This document shows, piece after piece, positions 40,940 through 55,400 of a DNA stretch of 64,000 nt. Numbering within the stretch: position 1 is the stretch's first letter; each line of letters starts with the position of its first letter. A model generated the notes under the pieces. The model saw only the letters and a program-made list of their open reading frames with translations, had not been told where the DNA came from and ran no database searches. The position numbers and the translations under genes are program-made. Source of the stretch: Camelus dromedarius (Eukaryota); assembly GCF_036321535.1 (NCBI RefSeq), contig NC_087438.1, positions 4,528,001 through 4,592,000 on the forward strand. The letters run 5' to 3'.

Positions 40940-40960
40940 GAGAGAGAGAGAGAGAGAGAG
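40940..40960 (+). repeat. (GA)n microsatellite
   Basis: Directly visible. Confidence 0.9.
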
Positions 40961-42521
40961 GATGGATCTGCCAGCTTTGAGGAGCAGGGGAGGTGTGGCG
41001 AGTCTACAGCGTTCAAATAAACCAAATGCTAAAAATACCTTTTGCTGTTTGTCTTAGAATTTCTAAAGATTTGATTGCCAACTCTGAAGTTTTTCAAATG
41101 TAGAATAAAGTAAAATCTACTGCAGTGTATCTGCCTGCCTTCCTGAAGAGTGTGGTTAAATCGGTTTTGTATAATACAGAATGTAAAAGCAGAAGACGTT
41201 CAGAAAAATTCTAGACAGTGTTTGAAAGGCATCTCCATATAGTTTTAACTGGCCTTTTTAAAAAAAAAAATTAATACCTAATGTGAAAAGTTAGAAAACT
41301 TGGTACTTGGTGAGTGTCCTGTGAGCTGGTCACGCCTGTCCTGGCCTTTGGAGGCCTGTGTTCCCTTTGCTGGCCACGAGGAGGGGGCAGAGGCTGGACC
41401 CCGCCCTGGCCTGGGCGCCTCCGGGAAGAAGTTTTTCCTTCTCCACATCCTCGCAGCTCTGAGGTTCCCTTTGGCAGGGAGTGGCTTTGGTTATCAGCAA
41501 CATGCCTTTTTATTGTGGGTTTGTACTCTTTTTAATTCCCAGATCAACTGTTTTACACATTTAGCATTTAGGCGCTCTCTGTGGTTTAAGATCAGAATTA
41601 ATTTCCTAAGTGGATAACAACATGGGGATGTAGGTGGTTTATATCTTTCCATGTCTGAAGAGACTTCAGGTGATCCTCACATTTCCAGAATCCTGGAAAA
41701 GTGAAGGAATGGCTGGGATGCAGGAGTTAAAGGGAAATAAAGAGTCAAATTATTTGTGTTTTTTTGCTTTTTACTGCTTGAATCCGCTTCCTGGCATCTA
41801 GAGGCATGTGCGTGGCCTTGAGCTTGCTTGGTTAGTTCCCAGCTCTGGATTTGGCTGATTTCATTGTGGATTCTGACTTGTGAGCCTCAGTTTCCCGACC
41901 TGTGAAGTGGGCCTGTGTCCACCCCCAGGGGGTACAGAGGAGATGTGGACCCTGTATGAGTTGTCATGTGTGGGGTTAGAAAGGCTGCTCCTTTCCTTTT
42001 CTCTCCTCTGACGAAATCGAAACCAAAAATTAAATAGTTCTCATTGCCAACTGGACACAGACGACTTTCTCAGGCCAAAACTTTTCTCTTGGAGAGACTG
42101 CTGGAGACTAATTCAGAGAAGCGACGGGCACGGCTGGAAACACACCTGATGCTCTGGAAATTCTTTCTCCCTTTGAGCCAAGACATACTTTTCTACTTTT
42201 TAAGGCTTAAACAATGCCTGAGTCGTGTGTTCTCTAGGTTTTAAGCAACATTTTTGTCTTCACACAGCTCTCAGGGTTCTCCTGCTGTATTTTATCAGGG
42301 GTGCGGGCTCTGCCCTGTGTAACTTGCTTCAAGCTCTTTGGGGTTCTGGTTTTGCTCTGTGCACAGGTTCGGGGGAGTGGGTGTCATGTTAACTCTCTGC
42401 TCTTTGCAGCTTCTAGCACACGTTCTGTACACAGTGCAGAAAATGGAAGGCCAGGGCCTGGGGACGTCAGGCCTAGAGCAGTGCCGTCTGGTGCACGTGC
42501 GTGAGGATGGAGGGATTCTGG

Positions 42522-42670
42522 CTCTGTGCTGTCCTGCACAGTAGCCGCCAGCCACGCATGGCTCCTGAGCACTTACCATGAGACTGATGCGACTGAGGAC
42601 CTTGATTTCAGTTGTGTTTAATTTTAGTTCAGATTCAAATGTTCTTGTGTTTGGTCAGCTCTGAACAGCA
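42522..42670. mobile_element. MER3/MER33-like hAT-Charlie relic
   Basis: gtgctgtcctgcacagtagccgccagccacgcatggctcctgagcactt...gactgagga. Confidence 0.55.
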
Positions 42671-45600
42671 GTAACTTTCGAAACATAGTGTTTGATTCAG
42701 TAACTGCTGCCCACATTTATCCAAAATCAAACAACAGCAGAAGCTGTGTTACTCAGCAAGTTACCCCTGGAAAGCTCTAGAAATTATGTTTTTGAGTTTC
42801 CAGTGTAAACTCCTTTTCCAAGGGCTGCTGTTTCAGGAACACATAAAGTGTGAAATGGGTTCCTAGCAGAGAACGCCGTGGAACAGTCTTGACGGCTGGG
42901 GCATCGGGTCCAGCAGGCAGTCTGCACATGGGGCTGGTGACATAATCCAGTCTTTTCCCGCTGGCAGTCCCCTTGGTTAGCAGCAGCCATTCGGGCCCAC
43001 AATGTGGGCCTCGGCTCCCTGCCCAAGTTTCCTTCCCCAGTTCTCAGAGCAGGGCCGTGAAATGGGTAATAGTACGCCTGGCCTGCAGACAAAACCAAAG
43101 CCTGGACAGGCTAATGTGATCTGGCCAAAGATGCTGCACTTGGAAATGTCAGACTAGCTCTGACATTGGGGAGTTGCAGACAGAGGTAAATGAAGAAGAC
43201 GTCCCCAGGACACAGGCCTGACCTGGTTTGGTGTCTCTTTGAGGGCTTTTTGCTGTTTTGCTTTCTTGAAGACTGGGGGAGGAGGGGCCTAGGTCCTCCC
43301 CTGAGGACTTTGACTTGACAGCCTTGTGACCGATGACATACGAGGTGGGGGAGGGAGCACTGGGGAGGATCGGGACCAAGTTCACACTTTCCCCAGACAC
43401 TCCAGACGGCCTGGGGGGAGGTCGTGGTGGAGGCAGCAGGACTCCTAGCATCTGGATAATTCTTAGAAATCACAGTTTATGAAAAGTGGAGCATTTGATG
43501 AACTGTTGACTGAGTTTCTGGAAGACAATTGAAAGACCAGAAAGCAGGACTAGCAAGTCCACTGGCAGTCTCCTTAGTGGCAGGCGGTGCCTTGGGTGCA
43601 GATCTGCATTCTCCCGGTGCTTCTTGACAGTAACTCAGTTTCAGGAGAAGTGAATTCAGTCAGTAGATGAAGCATTTTGCCGCCAGTGCAACTGGAAACT
43701 AGAAGGACTGGAGCCTCAACACCTGCCTACTTGTCAGAAAGCCCATGTGCTTCCCCACTGCCTCCCTGGGAAGGGAGTTGGTGCACCTGAATTAAGAGCC
43801 AGAAACAAGAACTTGGTGAGCTGGCGGAGATGGAACCTTAGTGCAGCGCAGTCATGAGTATTTTATTACTGGCATCTTTTCTGAATTTAGGCAAAATTGA
43901 AGTGTATCTCTGAAATGATGGCTGAACTAGAAAAGAGGATATGTTGAATGGCTCATGAAGTGCAAAGAAATTCTCAAGTATTGTTGTAAGTTATCTCATG
44001 GAAAAAAGCGGGTGATGAATCTGTCTGAGGAGTTTGTGTCCCTCTCAAAGATTCACAGGAGACTAACTGCAAGCCAGGAAGAGGGTCTGGCTGCGACCCA
44101 GTCATGCCGGAACCCTGATCTTGGACTTCTAGCACCCAGCAGGCCTGCACGGCCGAGCTGCGCCCGTCTCTCGGCTGCGCGTGCTGAGCGGTCAGGTCCT
44201 TAAAGGAGCGCTGGCTGGGGCCGGGTCCCCGAAGCCTGCCTTGCGCCGAACTTGCAGGTGTCCGCTGCAGAGCCTCGGTGTGCTCCCCGTCGTCTGCCTT
44301 TGGATGTAGTCAGAAATCTGAGGCCACACTGATCCCCCTTCAGTGAATCTGGTTTATTCAGATGCCTCTCGTCCTCACCAGGTCCTTCCTGCCACGTCTG
44401 TGTCAGCCCTGCGTCGGGTCTTCCTGGACCGCAGCCCCCTTTCGGCCCGCAGACCGGGCTCTGCCTTGTCTTTGGGGCTGGTCTTCTGTCGGTTCTTTGA
44501 GTTGTCCCTGATTCATCTTCCTGCTGGTGGGAGTCTTCCACCTTCTCCACTTGGATGGCTTGACTCACTCTCTTTTTCCTCTCTGTCCATCTTCTGTAAA
44601 GGGCCTGTCTCAGGCTTCCCTGTCCCCACCTGCTGCTCCCCACCCTCTCCTAGCCCCGTGTTTACTGGCATGTTCTTCCCAGGGTTTTCTGTGGCACAGG
44701 ACACTGTAGTGGGTTTTCCTCATCCCAGCCTGTGTCTCTCCTGTACTGGGGTGGTTGTCTTCATTGTGAACTGGGCTCGCCTCTTTTTTCTGCTGTGACT
44801 TGTTCCCAGGGTGGCCATCCCTGCCCGGCAGACCTCCCGGCCGTCTCTGCTGTTGCTATTGGTGCTCTGACTGAGCCACCTCCTGGGAGCTCTCCCTTTC
44901 AGCCCAGGCTGCAGGTTGAGAGGGCAGGTTGTGTCTTTGGCTGACCCTTCTGGGACCTACTGGTCCTCCGGGTGGAGAGACTCTTAGGGTGAGTCAGTGG
45001 GCCTTTTGAGGGGGCCTGGAGCTAGTTCAGCCTGCTCAAGGCCCAGCTCTTCTGATCCAGTCCTTTAATGCCATTGGGTTTCCTCAAAAGCCTGGTGGTC
45101 ATTTGCTCTAAAGTCGGCCCAGCAGAGGACAGACGACCCTCGCTGCTGATGTCACAGACTCGAGCTCCCCCTGTTCTCCAGGCCATGCTGACTTGCTCTC
45201 AGTTCCTCCAGTCTCCAGGGTCGTCTCCCGATCTTTGCACATCTGGTTCCTTCTTGCCCCTCTGTCTTGGCTCTAGTACCAGCTCTTGGGAGGCCATTCC
45301 CAACCACCCAACACAAAGTCACCATGAAGATGGTCTTGGCCACCATTTGGAATCTCTGCAGAGTGTGCTCTGCATTGGGTTTAGTCTTGTGTTTCACTTT
45401 ACTGCCTTCTCCATGCCCCCCAGCCCAACTCAGCCAGCAAGAGGGGCTGACTTACTTCGTCTTGCTCAGTCTAGCCCAGGCCAGAGCCTTACCTGCTGCA
45501 CCGTTGGTTGGCGGTGAGTCACTGCAGAATGATGACTCGAATCTGCTTTCTCCGCTTCAATATAGACTTAAATCTTTGGGTCCATTAAATTCTATGCGTT

Positions 45601-47294
45601 GCCCTTCCTCCTTCCCTCCCTGTGTATTTTTGGTACTTTTCCAGCACTGTTGTATTTTCCATTATCTTAGGTTTTTTTTTTTGGTCACCTTGGTGGGGCC
45701 CTGGGAGGTTCCTACCTCCTGGAGCCAGAACCCGGAGCCCCTCTCCCTCCTGAGACTGGAGGAGCTGGACGTGTCTGGTTCATGCCGAGCAACATCCATA
45801 CAACTGAGTTATTTTTTCCTTTAAGCTGGACAGAGACATTCCTGCTGATTGAATGAGAAGTAAACATTTGATAATTAAAAGTTACATTGGTTTTTATTCT
45901 TCAGATGTTACAAATCAAACTTTGCTTTGATAGATGTGTGCATATTGGCTACAAGGAAGTTAAGTGCTTTGGTTACAGTAGACTCCCCACCCACATAGGC
46001 TGACGCCCTGGCGTGTGAGGTAGACCTGGCTCTCAGGTGGCCACAGCACACTGGTACCTGGTGGGTGATGAGTACCCGCTGTGGTCACGTGCCCACGGAA
46101 CTGGACACAGGGTCACTGAGTGCTTTTCCCATTTGGTGACGTGGAAGGTGATTGGCACGTCCTCAGTCAGGTGCATTACGTGGGCTTTCCTGCTCTGAGG
46201 GTCTCTAGGACAACTTGTCCCACCAGGACAGCATCTCTGGGGAGAAGCTGTGCGTGTCTAATGTTGCTACTGAGTGGCCAGGGCCAGGCAAGGAGCAGCT
46301 AAGGCGGTGGAGGTGGCGCTGAGGTCCCAGAGTTCAGCAGTCAGCAAACGGAGAGGGGCAGGGATGGGAAGTCGAGGCTCCCGGGAGTGCTTTGAGTGTG
46401 AGCAGAGACACTGTAGTGGTCCATGCCAGGAAGTTTCATGCCAGACGGGAGGCTCTAGCTGGCTGTGTAACCTCCCAGGCATCTGTGGAACAGGGAGGTG
46501 ATGGTGGTTACCAGGATCGTACTCAGGGAAGCGCGTCGTGCAGTGGCTGGGCAGGGCCGGCAGTGGTACACGTCAGCTCCTTACTGTCATAATGAGAATG
46601 GTGATATGACAGTGTCAGTAATAAATGTTAACAGTTTCTTTTTAAGTCTGAGCATAATCTCAGACTCCTCAACACAGCCCTCTGGCAGCAGTGGCTTTGG
46701 TGGGAGCTGGGACAGTGGAGAAGGCCTGTTAGCTGGACCTAGTGTGGTCCGGCTGGAGAGGGTGGGGGTACTTGAACACCCCGTTCCTCGCAGGTCACCC
46801 CTAGGTTCAGTCATCCACATCTGTGGAGGTTCTCCTGGAATTGCGTGGTAGCTTTTTTAGGAGCCCTGTCTTTTGGGGAGGATATATGCTAAGCCAGTGA
46901 CTTGGGGTGGCAGTAGAACCAGAAATTTGGAGCTGGAGGGGCCTTTAAGCCTTGCTCGACCTTGGAACTGAGCAGAGTCACAGGAGTAGTTCCCTGGACC
47001 CCAGGATGCCAGGCACGGGCCAAGCCAGAAGGGAAAGCTCACTTGAGTTTGGCCTGAATGTAAAGACCTAAGGTGACCAGAGTCTTAAAACTTAAGCACA
47101 GCGATATCTGCCCTTTGACCTTGGGAGTAAAGTCAGTGCCAGTAAAGCTGAAATGAGGCCACTTTTTTGGGACATGATTATAAGAGCAACAGTGTACTTA
47201 CTGAAAAAACTTGGAAAATAACAGAAAAGAAACTACCCATAATCTTCCTGTTGTTAACACTTAAGCATGTTTCTATCTGTTATTTTTTTTTAAG

Positions 47295-47455
47295 TGACAG
47301 GTGTTTATTTTCTCACGGTTCTGGAGGCTGGAAGCCCACGCGCTTGTCTGCAGGGCTGCTTTCTTCCGAGGCCCCTCCTCAGTGCGCAGACGGCCACCCT
47401 CGTGCTGCCCTTCACAGGGTCTTCCCTCTGCTGCGTCCCCGCTGTCTGTGTTTTT
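47295..47455 (-). mobile_element. MLT1 LTR fragment
   Basis: tttattttctcacggttctggaggctggaagccc...cagggctgctttcttccgaggcc. Confidence 0.6.
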
Positions 47456-50400
47456 AATGCAGCTTTAAAGACGTCACATGTGTCATTTTTATTTGCTTAA
47501 ATCTAACTCCAGATAAGTGATTCTCCCTGCCTTAAAAAACTCTTTTAAACAGTTTTTAAAGATGGTATTGATGTATTTTATTTCCTGAATAACTAGAGAG
47601 AGATTCACAGCTTTTCAGTTTTTATAAAGATTTCTGCACACGTGTTGGGTCACTTCCTGGGTGTGACTTCTCAGTTCTGTGACTGAACGGCAACTCTGAG
47701 AGCTGCGGCAGCTCTGGATTGAGCCCCGGTGGCGTAACCTGGGGCCATCTACCGCCTGTCTCGTGAGGAGCTGTCTGTCAAGTGGAGGCAGCGGACTTGC
47801 TGCAGAGACTAGTCGGGAGACTGACGAACAGGCTGGAATGTGGGTGTCGTGGAGCTTCCCGGGGCTCGTCGTCCAGACTCTCACCATGACTGCTTCCCGG
47901 AAGGTTATCCAGCTCACCTTCACATCGAGTGTAGGGGCCTCTGAAGAGGTAGCGAAGATACAGCTGTTTTCATCTCAAAATGATCCAGCTCCTGGGGCTG
48001 GAGAGCAGAGCCTGGGGACCCTGCTTTCAGACTTGGCCACACAGGTCCCTCTGAGCACCCTGGTCTGTGCTGTCGCTGCCCCACGAGGCCGGGTGGCCCG
48101 AGGCAGTCCACCTGGCTTGGGCTGGGTGCCTCCGGCCACTTCTTGCCCCAGCAGCCCTCCCGACTGTCAGCTTCTCCAGGGTGTGGGGTCCCACATTGTG
48201 TTTTGGGTTCCTTAGGACACCAGTGTTAGAAGACTGAGGCCCACTGGCATTTTTGCCCGGTGATGGGTTGAGACCTTGCTAAGGGAGTGGGGCGCCTCCT
48301 GCTAGGTTGCTTTAGCTGGTACATGTGGCATGGGGTGGTTCTCAGGACTGTAATGCAAAATGGCATTGGAATAGTTCTGCGTAGTTCTAACCACCTGAAT
48401 ACCTGTTCAGTCAGTTTGTGAAATGCTGGGGTTGGCTTCATCCTAACCTGCGGGAAGCTCCCAGCTGCTTCACCGGAGTTTTCTCTAGAGAAACCATATC
48501 AGCATGCCCTGTCTTCAGCAGTGGATTTAGAAGAAATGCATTAAATTAAATATCTTTGCCATGGCTTAATTGTAAGCTTCTGGTATCTGACCACTTGCTT
48601 TCTTTCCTGAAAGAGAAGATTGTTGTGGTTCTCAGGCCTCCATGTGGCCCCAGGGCCTTTGCTTAGCTTTGGTAGTGGGCTTGGGTTTGTTCTGCCAGGG
48701 TGGAAGAGTGTCATTTCCCCTGACACACAGGGGCACCTCTGCATGCCATCAGTTTAGGCTCTTGGACATCTGCCTGCACTGTGTGACTGATCCAAGGAAG
48801 GGTCTAGGACTGGAGGGGAGAGAAAGCTTGCTTTTGCTGGGAGCTGAATTTGCGTGGGTCAGAGTTACCATGTTGAAGATTCTTCAGCTGCAGAGCCCTC
48901 TGTCCTGGCTCTTTTGTTGGTCTGAGTTCTTTTAACCCTGGGCTGGTCTTGGCCTGTCCCCGGAGCAGGGGGGTCTGCCCCAGGATGATCCAAGTCATGT
49001 GATCACAAGCCCCGCCCAGCTCCCATGCTTCCTGTCACTCAGCTCTCAGGCTCTTCCCTTTGCAGCAGCTTCTCCCAGGGCCTCATGCTTCCATGAACGT
49101 TTCAGAGCCCCATGCAGCTTTCTTCAGAGCCGCTCTAGAGAAAGGACAGGTGCACAGGTAGGTCTGCAGGAAGGGACAGAGGCTGAGGTGCAGGGCCTGA
49201 AGGGGGGCAGATGGGAGCATCAGCAACAAGAGGGGACACCTTGGAAACCACAGGCTTTCTACTGTGCAGTTTCAATTAGTTTCCTTATGCTTTTGAACTT
49301 AGATTGAAAGCAATTAACCTTTGAAGATTTGATTCAGGGTTTTCTAAAGAGTTGATACAGATATTAATTGGCTTGTAATAAAAATAAATAAAAATGACTT
49401 ATAATTAGCTCATTAACTGTGTCAGTAAACAGCTGTTTTAAAAACACCCCCAAAACAAGCGATTCAATCGTTTCCTCGGCTTTCTGCATGGGTCAGCACT
49501 CAGCAGCCCGTTCTTGTGGCGGTGGGGATGCAGATGCCAACTTGGACCCAGTCTGTGTGGCAGAGTGGGGTCTGAATCCACCGTCTCCACCATCTCGCTG
49601 TGGGGCATCAAAGCGTGCATGAAAATCAGCTCTAGGACTCTAGGAGTTAACTCCGAATACTTTCACCAAGCCATTGTTTTTGGCAAAAATGCGGACAGTG
49701 AACATTGTGGGCTGAGGGCAGGGAGCTCCAGTTTCTGAGAAACCACTGACTTTTTTTAAGGCTTTTGAAGGTTTTATGAAGAGTTGGAGGGAGGGGGAGA
49801 GGGAGAGAGTAAGAATAAATTAATAGTTGAAGACAGTTTCTGGTGTGTTTGCACAAGCATTTGGAGTTGACCAAGGGCATGCAAGTGTGAAAGGTAAAGG
49901 TGGCCCCTGGTCAGCAGAAGGGTAGGACCCTGGGGTCAGGGACCGTGGGGACAGTGGTTGGGAAAGTCGGATGTGTTAACACTGCAGAGCACAGCGCTTA
50001 TTTATGGGTTTGGGTGCTGATGCTTCTTGTAACCGAATTGGAGGAGGTTGTGCTCATTCATCTGGTTTTTCTTTTCCCTTAAGAAAAAGGAATGAAATCT
50101 GCCCTCTGACCATGGCTCCCTCCTTAGAAAAAGCTATGGGGATTTTAAATGTAGGGGAACAGGCATCCCTCTGCTTCCCCCTCGGAGACCAGCATCAATA
50201 ACTGCTCGGCCTGTTCCCTTTGCCCCTTTTCTGTCCACATGGTTTTATTTTAAATACATCTCATTGTCCTCGCTTCTGGTCCCTTTTTTTTTTTTGTGTC
50301 TATTACCTCCTGCAGCGCATCTGCCTGTCTTCCTCGTTTGAGTACAAAGATGTCACCATTGGACAACTTGGAAATTGTGCTGGGCTGGGAATGGAAGAAG

Positions 50401-52309
50401 GAGCCGGCTTTGCCTGGGGCTGGACACTGAGGATCCCAGGTCCAGGAGGCAGGGTAATGGAGGCAGGGCTGCTTCCCCGGGGCACCCCCTTCAGAACCAG
50501 CCAGCCCTGCCTGGCTTCGGTTCAGATTCTGACAGAGTTGGGAACCATGCCACCCTGCCAGCTCAGCTTCTAAAGACAAAAGCCATCCTCCTGAAATGGG
50601 TCATCTGTTTTCATGAATAGCTTTATTAGCTATGAAGTTGCAGAGTTTGGTTCTCTAATTTAATAATCTGTCTTTCGCTCTTTAAAAAAGCTGAGTTGGA
50701 TTTCTTAAGTATTTACAGCCACCACATACCAGATACCAAGACAGACACTGAGCATGGCTGATCTTGATACTTGGTACTAAAAGCAGACGCTAACTTGGGA
50801 AAAGTGCTGACAATTGAGAAGTCGGTCATTACCTTTTAAGTGGGTTTGGACTCTTAAAAGAGAGCGATCGTAAATGAGAAATGTCTCTTCTCATTTTTCG
50901 TGAACTTTATTTTTCATACTTAGATTAAAAGTGCACTACTTAATCATGCTTCAGACGTTTGTTCTTCAGAAGTTTCATGATTAAAACTAAAATTCACTGA
51001 AAATTCTAGTCTTACCATTTCTCTCTCTCTTAAAATAACCAAAAGTGCGTCAATGCAGGGCTCTCTCCATTGTGTTGTGTCAGTTTGAGATTCTTCCAAA
51101 TTAAATATCCGAGTTGCCCATATGGACCAGCAGCCACGGCTAGTGTCTCAGAATTCCACTCCTCGGAGACAGGCCATCAGGTGTACTGTGTCCTACCTCC
51201 CGCTGCCTGCAGGGTTCCTTTTGTACACATGGCAGCAAACCAAACTGGCTTTCCCACCACGCCCCAGTGGGTGACACTCCTTAAGAAGAGGCTAAAGCCG
51301 CCACCACACAAAGCCATCCACAAGGCCAGAGCTCTGCTCCCTGCAAACATCATCCCTTGAGGCCCCACCCGGCATGGACACAGGGCCTCAGCTTAGGAGG
51401 AGGTCTGTGCTGTTCAGAGGTTTCTGGAGTTCATTTTCGGCCTCATGGCTGCAAAGTGACAGTGCAGGCCTCCCACCCCAGTGGGTGCTCCTTGTCACTC
51501 TTGCTCTCCTCAAGGTGCCTTGTGGTCAACTTCTAATTCCCATATTTTTTGAATCTGAGGTGCCATTACGTGCAAAAACTCAACCCATCTGAAATTGTCT
51601 TTGTTGTGGGTCAGAAATACAAACTTCACATAGACAGGGTCCTATAGATCAGTTGAACTAAGGGGACACACTGTTATGCAATGTACCAGGAAGGAAGAAA
51701 AATGTTTAATTTTGAATTGGTTTCGTGCTCAGCCATCGATTGAAAGATGCATCCCAATTTTAGACATGTTGAAACATTAAGGGAAACAGTGTATTTTAGT
51801 GAAGATGGAAGAATAGTCTTTGCTCGGTTCCACAGTTACATTCACGTTGCTTTGGAAAATGCTCTAATCAGGCACCATTGTTACTAACATCTTGTTAAGC
51901 TATCATATCCTAGTTTTGTAAATGTAGCAGTGAGTCTGTGTTTAAATTATAGTAAGAACTGTAATGCTTAGTTTTGATAGACGTGGCTCTTATTTGTCCA
52001 CATTTAGCCCTAAGGTTCTAAATGTTTATTTTAGAGAACACTGGAGAGCCCCAGGAGCAAGGAGTGTTTTTATCACTCGGTCTCCTGTTGGAAGGTGTGT
52101 GATGGAGAAGGTGTGCCCTCTCTCCAGGCCCCCAGGTGAGGAGGCCTCTGACCTCTGGGGAAGCCGCCCCTCATTTCCTAGACTCTGGTGTCTCCAAGGA
52201 TGGGAGGAGTGAGGGTGCAGGAGAGGAGGCTGCCTGCACCCACTCTGTTGAGTTTAACGTTGCTCGGCTGTCTGGGGTGGAGGAAAGGAAGCTGCAGCCG
52301 GAACTTTGC

Positions 52310-52455
52310 TGAGACAGCAGTCACCAGCCTCACGTGGCTGTTTAGATTGAATTAAGTAAAACTACCACTCATCCTTGGTTGCATCAGCCACATTTCAGGT
52401 GCTCAGTAGCCACTTCTAGAACCTCCCATCGTCACAGGGGTTCTGTCAGCGGGGC
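52310..52455. mobile_element. MER3-like hAT-Charlie relic
   Basis: cacgtggctgtttag...agccacatttcaggtgctcagtagccac. Confidence 0.55.
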
Positions 52456-55400
52456 TGTGCTGGGAGCATGGGGGTCCCCTCCCTGCTTCCCCACAGCAGC
52501 ATCTTAACCTGTGTCCCTACCTGGGTGCGACCTTAGGGCCTGGCACCAGGGAAACTGACTGGACTTGGTGACCTCACTGCTTTTTAGCAGCGGAGTAGAA
52601 TGTGGTATCAGGGCTTTAGAAGCCTGACTGGCTTGATGTTCTTTTTTTTTTTTTTTTTAAATTAAAGAATCGATAATTCACTGTTAAAACTAGATAATGA
52701 ACACAAACAAAAAGAATGTAAAGATCACAAATAATCTTGTTGCCTAGAAATACAGTTGACTTTTTTTGTTTAATGTTTTGTTGTTTCCAGATGTTAAATA
52801 TAATCAGTGGTGTAATGAACATTGTCAAGTGTACCTCCTTAACTGTACCACGCTTTCCCCTTTTCACTTTTTAACCTGTACACACGATGAGTACGTTCCT
52901 GTAAAACGCGAATTCCGGCAGCACGCCGGGCTGGAGAGCCAGAGGCGGCGCGTCGCCCACCGCCGCCCCGTGCAGGCGGCCTGCGGGCCCTGGCACGTGG
53001 CCTTCAGACCCTCTCGTGAGTTTTGTGCACCTGTGGCTACGATCGTGCAGAAGTGGGGCGAGGCCATCCCTCGTCCACACCCCCACCACCCTCGGTCTCC
53101 TCCGTGGACAGACAGCGTCTCCTTCTGACCTGGCCCTGCAGCGAACCCACCTGGCGGTCCCCGGTGTGTGTCAGCGGCTCAGAGCCCGGCCGTCCGGGTG
53201 CGGGGTGCGGGCTCAGGGAGGGACACCTTCCTTCAGCCTTGAGATACGCGGGCAGCTCACCCCAGAGTGTGAGGCCGCGAGAGGCCTGGTCTTTCTGAAC
53301 AAATCCCGTTGTTTCTGCCTGTGCACTTGACATTTTTATTTGTTTACACTCCGTGTGTTTTTTTGATAGAATTTCTTTGTAATTGTTTGACTCTCAGTCT
53401 TTGCGTTGTAATGTTTTTGTGTTGGAGTCTGGAAAGGCTCCCATCGAGTCCGGGATGGCTGATGGTGCCCCTTGCTCTTTTTTTCTTCTTCTGTTTGACT
53501 TTTTCATTTAAAGTTTTAGCTCTGCGTCTGTATTATGTCTTCAAATGTAGAACAAGGCAGGAATCTAACCTCATGGTTTTTTGGTTACTGTGTCAGCATT
53601 GGGTTTGGCCACAAAGAGGGAAAGTACCGGGGTGATGACGCCCCGACCCCAAGGGGTGCAGCCCCGCTCCCGTGCCACACGGCCGCCTGTCTCGTAGGTC
53701 AGCGCTGCAGGGCTGCGGGCGGGAGGGCGGAGGGCCGTGAGAATCCCTCTGAGGAGGCCTCCCCGGGGCTTCCGCCAGGGCTCGCTGGTGCCTGGAGCCG
53801 CAGGAGAGGGTGCTCGTTGGCTCCGGGCACCCTGAGTGGGCAGCCAGCAGCCTGCTGCGTGAGGCAGCGGCCTCGGGCCCTCAGAAATTGGTGGGCTGCT
53901 AGCTTTGAGAGACCACGTCTCTGATCCATCATAGAGGAGATGTGTCCATGGTGGTCACAGCGTAGACGTTCCCTTGGAGATGTGGAGGCTGAATGCTGGT
54001 GGGCTGACACGTGCGCCAAGAGGTGCGGTGATTAACTTGCTGCAGACAAGGAGACTTCAGCGTGGCTTTTATGTGGACGTCTGGTCAGCCGTGGAGCACT
54101 TTGTGGTTTTGATATGTGAGAAGAGTAAATGTCTTCATTTCATTTTTGAGTAGAAAAGATCAAAACTTTTCATGGACATAGTTCTTCATGAAGGAAACAC
54201 TGGAGAACTGAGTGTGTGTATGTCCAGTATTGGAAGTGATCGACTCACAGAACCCCTGCCTGTGTCTGGGGTTGGCGGCTGGAAACATGGCTGATGGCAC
54301 TTAATTGTGAGCGTATCATTCTCACTGTTGTATGTGGGTTCTTAAAGTGATGAAAACTCCTTGTAATGCAGTATCGAATAAAGTAATCCCAGCTCTTTTA
54401 TTTAGCACTGTTTACATTTTAAAAAAGGATAGTTGGTCATTTAAATGACTTCTGCTGACAAATCAAGTTATCCAGTACAGGGGTAAAATATTTCTTGAAA
54501 TGCCAATTTTTGATGACATTGTGTAGGGAATACAGATCTTAAATGACGAGGTGGTAAGCAAAGATAATGTAATTTATCAAAACCTGATTCATTCCACGCA
54601 TATTGATCGAATGCTCACAGTGAACGAGCCTGTTCCGGTGCCGGAGGTCAGGCTGTGAGCAGGTGAGCCCCTTTCCTCCTGGAGGTCACCTTCCTGGGGC
54701 GGAGACAGGCTCCAGGCCATCACCACACGCCTGAAGGATGAGGGGGTAGGGAGGGAGGGCGCTGGTTCTCCATCCTGTGGGCTCTGTGGATTTGCTCTGA
54801 TCCACACTTCCACTGCCTGACCTCCGCCCCACCCCATCCCAGCCCTCGGTGTTTCCTCCCTCCTCACAGGGTTCCCCGGACACCCGGGCCAGGGAGGCGC
54901 TGCAGGGCCTTTAGAATCTACCCCAACGTTATGATGGTTGTTAGACCCTTCTGAGTCTTTCTGGCCCGACGGTGCTGTCACACTGCAGAGCCGCCAGTCC
55001 CTGCATGCCTCGGAGACCAGCAGGGGCTGGGCCGCAGCCGGCCACCAGCAGTATCCCTTCTGTTCCCAGAAAGCAAAGCAAAAATACTCTTCTAGTATTT
55101 GTTACAGCAGTTGCTAACTTTCAATACGTATGTCAGATAGGCATGTCGTTAGCGTCTTCTTGGTGGGGCACCACGCTGATGTCAGGAGGCGTGCGTCCTG
55201 CTTGGTACTGCTTGGCTTTGGGACTATGGGCACACCTCCTCCTCACCATTAATCTCTTCTGAGACACGGAGGGCGGTGTGCCGAGCCGCCTCCTCCCTGC
55301 CAGGCGGGGCAGCAGGCCTCTGACAAACTGGCAGGGTCTGTGCGCTGCTCTCTCCTTTCCTGGTGCATCCCGGGCCCTGGGGGCAGGGGTCCTGGGAAGC

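Noticed and set aside
51610..51810. Possible Tigger-like DNA transposon relic
   Set aside because: The resemblance is too faint to support a call without a repeat search.
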